Assembly: GCF_009914755.1 (NCBI RefSeq)
Contig: NC_060940.1
Source: the human T2T-CHM13v2.0 reference genome, Homo sapiens
Direction: 5' to 3' (one strand)
DNA: 64,000 nt
Shown: positions 51,440-64,000 of the stretch, in pieces
How the letters are laid out: every line of letters begins with the position of its first letter
Position numbering within the stretch: the first letter of the stretch is position 1
Position numbers and translations under genes: made by a program
Notes under the pieces: generated by a model
What the model saw: only the letters and a program-made list of their open reading frames with translations
Databases searched by the model: none
What the model was told of the DNA's origin: nothing

Positions 51440-53890
51440 ACACTTCTGATGACAGCGAAATATGTAAGGCTGGCTCAACCATCAATCAGTCAACGTCACC
51501 CAGCATGCCAACAAGCTAAAGAAGAAACACCACATAATCACAACTGGTACAGAAAATCATTTGATAAAATTCAAAACTCACGATAAAAATTCCTAGGAAA
51601 ACAGGAGTGTGGAGAAACATCCTCAACACGATAAAGGCCAACTACCAAGAACTCAAGGCTGACATGATCAAGAGTGACGTGCTGAGGGCTGCAGATGGAA
51701 TGGCATACAGGGCAGAAAGGAAGAAATGGAATAAAACTGTCTCTCTCTGAAGATGGTGTAAGTGTCCATGTCGAAAATCACAAGGAATCTATCAAAAATT
51801 CCAAGAAACTTTATTTAATAGAGTTCAGCAAGGACACAGAATCCAAGATCAACACACAAACACCTATCCTATTTCTGCAATAATCCTATGAAAACAAGAA
51901 ATAAAGACAGTACCATCCTATTTCTGCATGCTACCAATAATCCTATGAAAACAAGAAATACACAGTACCATTCTATTTCTACATGCTAGCAATAATCAAA
52001 TAAAAACATGAAATAAAGACACAGTACCATTTATAGGTGCTCCAAATAAAAATAAATGCTTAGGTTCATATGGAACAAAACTAGAAAAACCTATACACAT
52101 TTTAGGAAAAAACAGGAGAAAATCTTTAGGACCTAGGGCCAAGAGTTGTCAGACATGGCAACAAAAGCACAATCCATAAAAGAAAAAACTGATAAACGAC
52201 CTCGACAAAATTAAAAACTTTTGCTCTTTGAAAGACCTAGTTTAAAGAGTGAAAAGACAAACTGCAGACAGGGAAAAATATCTGCAAATCACAAGTCAGA
52301 TAGCAGGCTTGTATGTAGAAGAAAGAAGTATCAAACAACAAACATTAATTAGAAAATAAGAGAAAACACACAGACATTCAGAAGAGGTGCACGTGGTGAA
52401 CAAGCCATGAAGGCACTCGACATCCTAAGCCGTTAGGGAAACACAACTTAAAGCCGCAATGAGATATTACTGCACACCAATCGGAACAGCTAAAATACAA
52501 AATACTCAAGGATGCTGGAGAGGATGTAGAAAAGCTGGAACTCTCTCGCTTGCTGTGGGAACGCAAAGTGGTGTTGCTGCTCTGGAGAACAGCAAGGCAG
52601 CCTTACGAACCTAAGTGTGCGCTTGCTGCCCCACTCAACAACTGCACCCCAGGACATTTATCTGAGAAAATGGAACCTCATGTGAACACAAAGACCTGTT
52701 TGCGAATGTTCACAGAACTTTCACTGATAATAGACAATGGGGAAAACCCTTCAACAGGTGTCCCAGCGGTGTCCTCGAAACTGGGTTTCATTCACATCAC
52801 GGCATCCCCTCAGCAGTAAAAGGGATGGCTATGGATACACCCAAGCGTATGGGTGAATCTGCAGAGGCCCCTGCTGAGTGAGTGGACACACCCAGGCGTA
52901 CGGGTGAATCTGCAGAGGCCCCTGCTGAGTGAGTGGACACACCCAGGAGCACGGGCGAAATCAGCGGAGGCCCCTGCTGAGTGAGTGGACACACCCAGGA
53001 GCACGGGCGAAATCAGTGGAGGCCCCTGCTGAGTGAGTGGACATACCCAGGAGCACGGGCGAAATCAGCGGAGGCCCCTGCTGAGTGAGTGGACACACCC
53101 AGGCGCACGGGCGAATCAGCGGAGGCCCCTGCTGAGTGAGTGGACATACCCAGGAGCACGGGCGAAATCAGTGGAGGCCCCTGCTGAGTGAGTGGACATA
53201 CCCAGGAGCACGGGCGAAATCAGTGGAGGCCCCTGCTGAGTGAGTGGACATACCCAGGAGCACGGGCGAAATCAGTGGAGGCCCCTGCTGAGTGAGTGGA
53301 CATACCCAGGCGCACGGGCGAATCTGCAGAGGCCCCTGGTGAGTGAGTGGACGCACCCAGGAGCACGGGCGAATCAGCGGAGGCCCCTGCTGAGTGAGTG
53401 CACAAAGCCCACCTCTTAGGTCACTCCCTGTGGACTCTACTCCCACGGCTTCCTCCAGGACAAAACCACCAACCTCGGGGAAACAGGCGGGGACTCCGTG
53501 AGGAGGGCTCATGTCTGTCGGTGGCTGTCGAGGAGGCTCTAGGACCAGGTATCCAGGATAAGACGGGGGATCTGAATCAAGTCTGCAGGGCGGTCACCCT
53601 GTCTTCCAATGTCATGTTCCCGGCCACTGGGCGAAGGTGGGGAAGGGCACAAGGGATGCTGCTATTTTTGCAACTTCCTGTGAGTCTATAATGATTTCAC
53701 AGAAAAAAGGAAAAAAAAGGGAGAAAAAACACAAGGGGTGTAAGGAGACTCCCATGGGTGATGAATAGTCTATACTTTTAGGTGATGGTGTTTCCCCAAC
53801 GGTATACGTTTCCCAAAACCCACTGAGCTGTAAATTTAAAATGAGTGAATTTTATGTCAATTGTAATTCAATAAAGCTGTTAAAAAATTA
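51440..53890 (+). mobile_element. Old L1 (L1M-type) ORF2 to 3'UTR fragments
   Basis: cagaaaatcatttgataaaattcaaaac, gagttcagcaagg, aaaattaaaaacttttgctct, caatgagatattactgcacaccaat. Confidence 0.8.
52833..53400. repeat. Minisatellite, 51-52 bp unit GGACACACCCAGGAGCACGGGCGAAATCAGCGGAGGCCCCTGCTGAGTGAGT, ~11 copies
   Basis: Tandem array embedded in L1 3'-end-like sequence. Confidence 0.95.
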
Positions 53891-54049
53891 ACTAGAAACA
53901 GAAAAAAATTTTAATTCCCATAGAAAGAAGGAATAAAGTAAAAAAACAGTATGAGGTAGGAGGTAAGCTTCCTTTCATAAACCTTGTTTTGTGTATTTGG
54001 CTTTGGAATCATGCATTTTACATCATTTAAAACATTAAATATAAAATGA

Positions 54050-54340
54050 GACTGGGTGCAGTGAATCCCAGCAGTCTGGGAGGCCCAGGCAGGCAGATCA
54101 CTTGAGGTCAGGAGTTCGAAACCAGCCTGGCCAACATGGTGAAACTCTCTACTGAAAATACAAAAAATTAGCCGGGCATGGTGGTGCGTGCCTGTAATCC
54201 CAGCTACTTGGGAGGCTGAGGCACTGGGAGGCAGAGGCTGCCGTGAGCAGAGATCACACCACTGCACTCCAGCCTGGGCGACAGACAAGAGTGAGACCTT
54301 GTCTCAAAAATAAAATAAAATAAAATAAAATAAAATAAAA
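54050..54340 (+). mobile_element. Alu (AluS-like, internal deletions) with a (TAAAA)n tail
   Basis: gatcacttgaggtcaggagttcgaaaccagcctggccaacatggtgaaac. Confidence 0.9.
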
Positions 54341-54968
54341 TGTAAAAACATAAAATTTTGTTTATGTATTCACATTAAATATAAACATTTTAATAATGTT
54401 TAAAATGATTTAAATATACTTGAATGACATTAAACATTTAAAGGATTTAAAGCATTCAATATAAAAATACAAAAAGCAATCTCTACAACTTCAAAAAGGA
54501 AGAGGAAGCAATACACTTAGCTGTGTGTCCGGTCAGGGGCAGGACACAAAGCATTTGTCAACAATGACCATGCAGCCACCACCACACCAGGAGCATTCCT
54601 GACAGCACGCAGCTTCTGGGTGGGTGGGAAGGCTCGGGAGACCTGGCTCAGGATGTGAGTCAGGTGCTAGGGGAGCCAGTGGAGAGGGAGGGGCTGCTTC
54701 CCAGGTGGCCGCTCGCACACCGGGAGGGCTGCTGCTGGCTCTGGCAGAAGGCCCAAATTCCTTGGTGCACAGACACGGCTGCGGATGTGTGGACATGTCC
54801 GTGGGGCTACGTGAGGGTCCCCGTGACGTGGCAGCGGGTTTCCACAGTGCAGTCATTGATGGGGTGGTGTGGGGGGGAGCCACGGCACCTCTGTGACCTA
54901 GTATCGGAAGCAAGGGGCTGCGTGAGGGTCCTCGTGACACGGCAGTAGGTTTCCCCAGTACAGTGACT

Positions 54969-54988
54969 GGGGGGGGGGGGGGGGGGGG
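54969..54988 (+). repeat. G20 homopolymer
   Basis: 20 consecutive G followed by CGGGGGCGG. Confidence 0.97.
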
Positions 54989-55210
54989 CGGGGGCGGAGG
55001 AAGCTGCAGCATCTCTTGTATCGGAAGTCCCACGGCTTCACTTCCACCTCATCCTGTTCCTCCTCGGCGAGTTCCAACCTCTAGCCCACACTCTGCAGAG
55101 AACGGTGCTCCACTTCTGAAGGGAGGCAGATCAAAGATTCTGTGGACACTCTTTAAACTTCCCCCAGTGGCTTTTGATTAAAACCTGGTAATTTGACTGT
55201 ACAGTTCTAG

Positions 55211-55566
<356 letters not shown>

Positions 55567-55569
55567 TGA

Positions 55570-55688
55570 TGAAATACATTCTTAATATTAACTTCATGTG
55601 TTTCTTTTTACTCTATAATGAGGCTAATAGAAAATTTAAAATTAGATGCACAGTTCACATCATATATCTCATGGACAGAACAACTCTA
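55570..55688. mobile_element. MER33/MER3-like hAT-Charlie fragment
   Basis: tgtttcttttactc..aatgaggctaatagaaaatttaaaattag..tcacat..tggacag. Confidence 0.6.
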
Positions 55689-55954
55689 TGGGACAGAAGA
55701 CCCCGATCTCTGACAAACAGGCAAAAATCCCAGAGAAAAGAACAAAGGGAGAATTTACAGATTAAAGACTTAAAAGACATCAAAGAATCTTAGTGTGTAG
55801 ACCCTGTTTGGAAACCAGTTCAAACAAAGAACTGCTGAAGAAAATGGCACATTTAGGAAAGAGCCTTTTGATACCGCTGGGTGTGTGGTGACACTGAGAA
55901 AGTTCAAGGCACCCAGCGATTCAGGAGATAGAGATTTATAGATATGTATTTAGG

Positions 55955-56100
55955 TACAGGGTCTCCTCTGTCGCCCAGGCTGCAGTGTAATTAAATAATC
56001 ACAGCTCCCTACAGCCTCGAACTCCTGGGTTCAAGGGATCCTCCTGCCTCAGCCTCCCAAAATATTGGGGCTACAGGCATGAACCACCACACCTAGCCTG
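55955..56100 (-). mobile_element. FLAM/Alu monomer
   Basis: acagggtctcctctgtcgcccaggctg..cctcgaactcctgggttcaagggatcctcctgcctcagcc. Confidence 0.8.
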
Positions 56101-56319
56101 TGTGCTATTTTTATTTTCATTTAGTCTAAGATACGGTGATGGTTTTGAATGTTTTCGGCGGATGCAATGGTGTGGACTCGGGTTTGGTTCCGGGTTAACG
56201 GGCTGGGGTGGCTCCTGCACGTGGGCCCCACATGCTGGGAACCGTCATCACCACTGTGTTCACCACACTCTCTCTTAAGAAGGGCACACAAAACATTCAA
56301 AAAAAATTTAAAAACTCAG

Positions 56320-56450
56320 TAGCATGCAGTGGCTGATGCCTCTAATCCCAGAACTTTGGGAGGCTGAGGTGGAAGGGATCATTCGATCCCAGGAGTTTGA
56401 GACCAGACTGGGCAACATGGCAAGATTCCATCTCCATATTAAAAAAAAAA
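56320..56450 (+). mobile_element. FLAM/Alu monomer
   Basis: gcagtggctgatgcctctaatccca..ccaggagtttgagaccag..poly(A). Confidence 0.8.
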
Positions 56451-57544
56451 GATAATAATCTTAAAAGACACAATTCCAGAAGCTGCAGAATGTGTCACAG
56501 AAATGACTTCCTTACGTATTAAAGAATCCTCACAATAAAGGATCATTTTACAAGCAGACTATAAACACTGAAACAGACAAAAAACTAAAAACCCAACTCA
56601 TGAGAAACACCTGGTGAACGCTCTTCAGCTCCGTGAAGTCCTGGGATGGCCCAAGCACCTCTGGTGGGCTGTACCTTTTCAGAAAGAAACACTGAGCCCC
56701 CCAAGTCCCCGAGGACAGAGATGCCTTACAGCTCCACACGTCCCTCCACAACGGCAGCACCTGTACCCGCAGCTCTGGGGAGAAATGACACCTGCAGGCC
56801 AAGACAAATGCAAGAAAACAGCCTCGTCTGCTCACTGATTCTCACCAACTTCCTCTATAAAATGAGGACAAGAACCCATTCTCCTAAAGGATTTTGTGGG
56901 GATTAAATGAAAAAGCACTATCTAAATCCAAGTTATCATCACTGTAATGGCTTTAGAAAAAAGCAAACGACAAACACAACGAGAGAGGCGCTGAGACCAG
57001 GCAGGGCTCTCCTCCGGCAGGGCCTGGTCTGCACTGCCCTCTCTGAGGAAAGTGCCCCGCTGCCCTGACCTCCCTAGTTTCACACCTCCACACCTCCAAG
57101 GAGGTTATCCTGGTACAACTGAGAAAGCAAGCAATTCCCTTAGAAACGTCCATTTCTTTCCTTTATGCTCAAATGTTTTATTACTCCTTAGGGCTGCTTT
57201 GTTTTTTAACGCAAGGGTCCACAGTTGAGAACGTAGTTACAAACTCAAGAAACGAGCTGCAACAGAACAGCGGGGCTGCTCCACGCTTCTCAGCCATTTT
57301 CCCATCCTGTGCACCCGGGGAATTTCACACGTGGTCCCCCAGAGTGACAGGGAACCCCCAGGGAAGAAGGGCCCCTGTGGGGCATGCAGAAAAACGCCTG
57401 CCCCCTGGTGTGAGGTCACAGACTCAGTGGCCAAGCTCAACAATGCTCTGGGAACTCCAGTCAAAGATGCATCACAACTTTTGGGTCATGCCTAAGGTCA
57501 ATTCCAGAATCATTTTAGCATGTTAAACAGACACTGAAAATAAA

Positions 57545-58100
57545 ACATATTTTATTTTTTAAAGCAGCTTTAGGTTCACAGCAAAATTGAGCATGAAGTA
57601 CAGAGGGTTCCCCTGCACCCCCGGGCTCAGCATCCCCACGAGAGTGGCCGTTTGTTACAGCTGAGACCCCCCTGGACACAGCATCATCACCCACAGGCCG
57701 CACGACCTCAGGGTCCACCGGGTGCTGTGCAGTCTATGGTTGGACGAACGTATCCTGATGTGGACCCACCGTTGTGGTATCATACAGAGTAGTTTCACTG
57801 CCCCAGGTCCCCCGTGTTCCTGCTGCACAACCCTCCGTCCCTCCCTCTCCCCAGCCCCTGGCGTCACTGATCTTTGTGCTGTCTGCACAGTTTTGCCCTT
57901 TCCTGGATGTCAGAGTCGGAACCCTACAGTGTGTAGTCCTTGGAGACGGGCTGCTTTCACTCAGGCCTGGCAGCTCGTCTGTTTTTAGGGCCTTGTAATA
58001 GTCTGTCGTCTGGATGGACCTTGGTTGACTGATCCATTCACCCTCTGCAGGACATCTTGGCTGCTTCCAAGTTTTGGCAATTATGAATAAAGCCATTTTG
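57545..58100 (-). mobile_element. Old L1 (L1MC/MB-type) 3' end
   Basis: gcagctttaggttcacagcaaaattgagc, gacatcttggctgcttccaagttttggcaattatgaataaagc. Confidence 0.75.
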
Positions 58101-58342
58101 TGAAAGTGAAATAATACAGAACAGGAAACATTAGGGGGCACTGCACACCATCACAGAAAGGGACGGTATTATTCTGTGAGTATGTTCCCAGTATGTGGGC
58201 GTGTGTTGTGAACAGAGAGATAAACTACTTTCTCACCACTGGAAGCAGTCAGGACAATTCAAATGCTGGCCTAACTGGTTAAGAGCCCTCAATCTGTGGT
58301 CAGATATATCTAAGTTTCTCAATCTATAAAATACAGAAATAA

Positions 58343-58452
58343 GGCCAGGTGCAGTGGCTCAAGCCTGTAAAACAAGCACTTTGGAAGGCTGAGGTGGGTG
58401 GATCACTTAAGCCCAGTTCAAGACCAGCCTGGGTAACATGATGAAACCCTGT

Positions 58453-58486
<34 letters not shown>
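58343..58486 (+). mobile_element. FLAM/Alu left monomer with a long poly(A)
   Basis: ggccaggtgcagtggctcaagcctgtaa..., followed by a run of ~29 A. Confidence 0.85.
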
Positions 58487-61156
58487 CAGAGAGAGAGAGA
58501 AAGAAAGAAAAAACACTGTTCCCAAGCTGCGGGCTCAGGACAATGTCTGATGCCTGGCCTAGCCCTCATCAATGGCCTTCACAATCCCTGCTGACTGGGA
58601 GTCAACCCCCAGTGAGTGTACTGCCAATACGGCCAAGTTTCTGAAGTTGGTGACATGTGAGGGTACCCCAAGACTGAACAGAAACAACCTCCTCTCAGGT
58701 TCTGAGTGGGTCCAGCTCTTCTTACCCCTCCAAGCCTGCCATTCTCTGAGGAGTCCTCTCTTCCTCCACTGCTCTGCTTCCTCTCACAAAGGGGGAGTGT
58801 CCCACCACGTCCAACTCCAGGCTGGCAAAGTGACGAGAAAACACCCCACCCATGTGGGCAGTGGGCATGCGGCATGCTATGGGGCCATGAGAAGCAGCCA
58901 GGTGGGTAGGCCAGACCCTGACCCAGAGCAAGCAGAGCCCAGCGCAGTCTCAGCCACGCTCCATGAGGGGCCACATCCACGAGGGCCCAGGAGCAACATC
59001 CCAGGCACACCCCAGGGATGAGCAGCACAGGCCGCCAACCACGTCATACCACACTCACTTGTGCAAAACACCCTCAAACTGCAAAAAGCCCACCCACGTG
59101 TCCACCAGCAGAAGAGCAAATGAGTCCAGGTGGCCCACAACACACGGGGCGCACGTGTCCATAGACAGCACACTGGATTCGAAGAGCCAGACACGAGTGT
59201 GTCTGCTGTGGCCTTCTGCATGCATGAGGGCCCCATGGTGCTGGGGGCCAGGCAGACAGTCAAGCAGCAGAGTGGAGGGGAGGTCCAGGAGGAGATCCCA
59301 CAGGTACATGTGACATGAGCTCTATCGTATGTGCACCTAAGATGTGTGCCATTTCCTCCACGGATGTTATACCGCAAAGAACAATAAAAAACGACTAACA
59401 CTGATTGCTGACCACCTCCCCAAATAACTAATCAGGACACACCCTGATGCCCCATGTCCGGCCTGTGGGGGCACTGTGGAAAGCACAGGAAGTGAGCTCA
59501 GTGCGTGCCTTCCCCATTGTCCTGGCATTCCATGCAGGCTGGGAGACGCGGGTGACAGCCTCACACCACCCCTGTTCCCAGAAGAGGCCAGTGCACCCCC
59601 AAGCAGGGGCTGCAACAGGGCTGCACAGAGGGCTCCAGTTCCTTCCAGCACAGGAACAAATCCACACCGAGGCATCCGTGAGTCCCACAGGTCCCAGAAG
59701 CATGGGAGCAGCTTGAGGCCTCTGCATTCAGGGGTCTCTGCCGTCCTGAGCTTCAGGATGAGTGGGTTCCCACCTAGCACGCAGTACGCAGTGGGTTAGG
59801 GCAGGTGCTCTCCCTCCTCTCCCTATGAACGCTATACCACTCCCATGAAAGCCTGTGCGTGCTGCCTCAGGACCCTGTAGCAGAACAGCGAGTGACGTCG
59901 CTTTGGCAGGGAACCTTTGGTTTGCAAAGCCCCGTCACACACACAAGCTGAGGTAAGATGACAAGTCTGTGTCTCTGCACCTCAGCTGAGCCCTCAGGAC
60001 ACAGCACATGAGCGCCCAGGGGCCTGCAAACAGCAAGGACCAAGGCATCACTGACCGTGACAGGCCCCAGTGTGTGACAGTGAGAGGCCCCAGTGTGGGT
60101 TCTCACAAGCTTGTTTTACGGTTTGACCCAGAGAGTACCTGTGAGTTTCCCCTACAGCTGGTGCTTCTAAAGGGCTAGGAGAAACGCAGGGCAGGATCCC
60201 CACACGCCAGCAGCTGACTGGCCAGACCCCTGCCTGTGCTGAGGCATCCGCCGCAAACATGACCGTGCAACATGCTTCAAGATGCCCTGTGACTCTCTCA
60301 GATGGGTCTTTTATTAGAGTTTCTAAATAAAGAAGTGATGGCCAACATCACAGGAAACCTTAGATACTATTCCTGCCAGTTGGTTTGAAAAAGCTTTAAC
60401 TGTTAATTTGCTGATCGTTTTCAGCCACACGGTTTTCTGCCATGTAATCCACAGAACCCAGGCCTCTGGCCACTTGTCCAGGATACCTCTGGAGCTCAGA
60501 GCCACTGTCCTTGTGGGCTACTCAAGACTTGAGGGGTTCAGGCAAGAGCCACATCAACAGAGCTGGACCTGGTGCCTGGCTGGGAGCAGGTGCCGGGGAG
60601 CAGCCACCAAATGCACACACGCCAGGGCACGCAACTGCCCGCACCTCCAAGATTGTCGTCAGACCTAGAGGCGGGTGTGCGTCCACAGACAGCACACTGG
60701 ATTCAAAGACCCAGGAAGGAAGGAGTCTGTTTGCTGTGGGCTTCTGTGGTGCTAGGGACCAGGTGAACACTGAAGGAGGGGCCAGACGGAGTCCAGGAGG
60801 ACTCCTGTAGCAGGACATTGCCCAGATTTCTCACAATGTCCTCTACAATTAAGAGCACAACCACTGTTCCTTCTGCACTGGTGGGAACCCAGCACTTCAA
60901 TGAGACACAAGGTTAAAGTGACGCTTTGTAAGGACGGAAAGCCACCTGTGGGCACCACACCCCCCGGGTGGGCCACGACAGGGAGCACAGGCACTAGGAG
61001 ACCCGGCCTGTCCTAAAAGCACGCCCTACAAGGAGTCCCCACTCTCTACCTATCTGCTTCTAATGTTCTGACTACATGAGAGATGATAAAAGGGTTTCAA
61101 TACAAGTGTAACATTTTAAATATAAAGGAATGTCTTTCCATTAGAAAACAACTGCA

Positions 61157-61526
<370 letters not shown>

Positions 61527-61725
61527 TTAAAACGCCAAACGCACAGATTAATGGAGGAAGCCCCATGCCCAAATGCTCCCAAGGAAACGTCAGAAAGGAG
61601 AGGACTTCAGGTGGCTCGGAATCCTCCGCCACGTGACCAAGCCCAGCTGAGCACTGGGTCTCATTGGATTTGCCATCAGACACTCACAGTTTTTGTCACT
61701 GTTAACCCTACTGCACAATACATGA

Positions 61726-62073
<348 letters not shown>

Positions 62074-62674
62074 TAACCATGCAGACAATGTGCAGGTCTT
62101 TCCTAGGTGGAAAGCAAGTTTGCCCAAGTCGCACGAGCAAGGCTGGAGTCAGCAATGCCTGTTCCTCTCCCTCTGTTCTCTAATGGTGTGGTCTTCAGTC
62201 TACTGTGTGTGGAATCCCCCTCTATTGGGACCACAGCTCCTGGGCTGCAAGCACCTGCTGAGCATGAGGGTCCAGCTTCCAAGCTCACTGTCCCACGGGT
62301 GACAAGCAACACAGTGACCTGCCTCCCACATCAGCTGGTGCCAGTATCATGGTGACTCCCTACACACCAGGACCACTGTGTCGCGCTCTGCCACTCAGGA
62401 GCCCCAGGGGCCCCCACTATGGCCATCCCAGGACGCCGCCCGTCAGGCTCCCAGGACACTGCCCCAAGCACCCAGCTTCAGTGGGTGTGCTGCCCCGAGA
62501 CGCACTCTCACTGTGCCGGGGGGTGGGACCTCTGCAGCCCAGCACGTCCACTCAGTGTCCATGTGCTGCCATGAGCGCCACACTGTGTCCTCCAGGATGT
62601 GGGTCTCTGTTAGTCCCTCCCCTACCAAGCCAGGACAGCCACCTGCTTACAGGGGTGCTGACAAATACTGACTA

Positions 62675-63093
<419 letters not shown>

Positions 63094-64000
63094 TTAAAAG
63101 AAAAAATAATCTCTGCTCTTTTCAGCATTTAGAAAATCAGCCAGGCAAAACAATCATTTCCCTTTCTTAGCTAAAAGGTTTGCCAAATGAATACTTGGAG
63201 CAAAATAAGCCTAATTAGTAACAAAAAAATCACCCAGATATAAATGCGTAATTTAAACCCATAATGAAAGCACATGAGGAACTCCTTTCCCTCAAAGTCA
63301 CCACCGAGGGCCTCACTGGACTTAGGACCCAGGAAGGAATGATGAGTCCATCTGCTCGTGACCTGAGTCTCTAAACCAGGAGGACAGACGTCCTGGGTAA
63401 CCGCTGATGGGTGAGCGTTGCACCCCCAGGATCCCTGTAATTATAGGTTCTCAAGGACACCAACACCAGAATCCATATCCCATCTAGAAACTTCTTCCTG
63501 TGATGCCTGCCAAAAGGTCCATTTTTCAGTCCATTATCACAATGAAGGTGAAGTTTTGCTGTTTAGGTCAAAATCATGCATTAGGCAATAGAACGACCTA
63601 GAGATGTCTGAATTCCCCCTCAGTACAACCAAAGGAGTAAGAGAGGCCCAGGTTTGCTTGAAGGCTTACACTAGCAAACAAACAAACAAACAAACAAACA
63701 AAGAGAAACCAAGAACTGGGAAAGCTGGTCGGTAGCATCACACAGGTCAGATCTGAAAGCCCCATGGTCCGAGGAGCCCATCCTGCCCTGAGTGCACGCA
63801 GCGCATGTGAAGAGTCAGATATAAAGGTGGCTCTTTCACAAACCATTTCGGAAATTTAGACGAACCCTCAATTTATTTAGAATGGGTTATTATATTTTAT
63901 AATTTCTACACAGAAAATATTTTCTAACCATATCATTTTATAACAAATTAGCAATAGCTAATGTTTCCTTTAAAATTTTTCAAGCACACAGAAAAGGATG

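Overview
Primate, almost certainly human, genomic DNA. It is GC-rich and subtelomeric in style, and lies entirely inside the minus-strand gene ANKRD11 (KBG-syndrome chromatin regulator, 16q24.3). Seven coding exons splice in frame with canonical GT-AG sites: the start-codon exon (CDS 41328-41242), 29640-29502, 15506-15336, 15151-14948, 12993-12851, 10509-10362 and a giant 6578-nt exon (9972-3395). Together they give 7470 nt, or 2490 codons. The last coding exons lie left of the window and the promoter and first exons lie right of it. Introns hold many Alus, old L1 fragments, MaLR/MLT2 LTRs, Tigger2/MER33-type DNA transposon relics and about a dozen GC-rich minisatellites. The most striking unexplained structure is a 1.3-kb minisatellite just upstream of coding exon 4. 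On the pre-mRNA strand, its 29-nt unit variants each spell a strong 5' splice site (GAG|GTAAGT, GAG|GTAGGT, GAG|GTGGGT). Other candidate dosage-limiting elements surround the early exons: two overlapping uORFs, several premature-stop (PTC) cassette exons (one with a stop/re-start design), a UG-rich tract and an intronic poly(A) site. Repeat subfamily names and alternative exons are read by eye and need confirmation. No RNA genes or CRISPR arrays were found.
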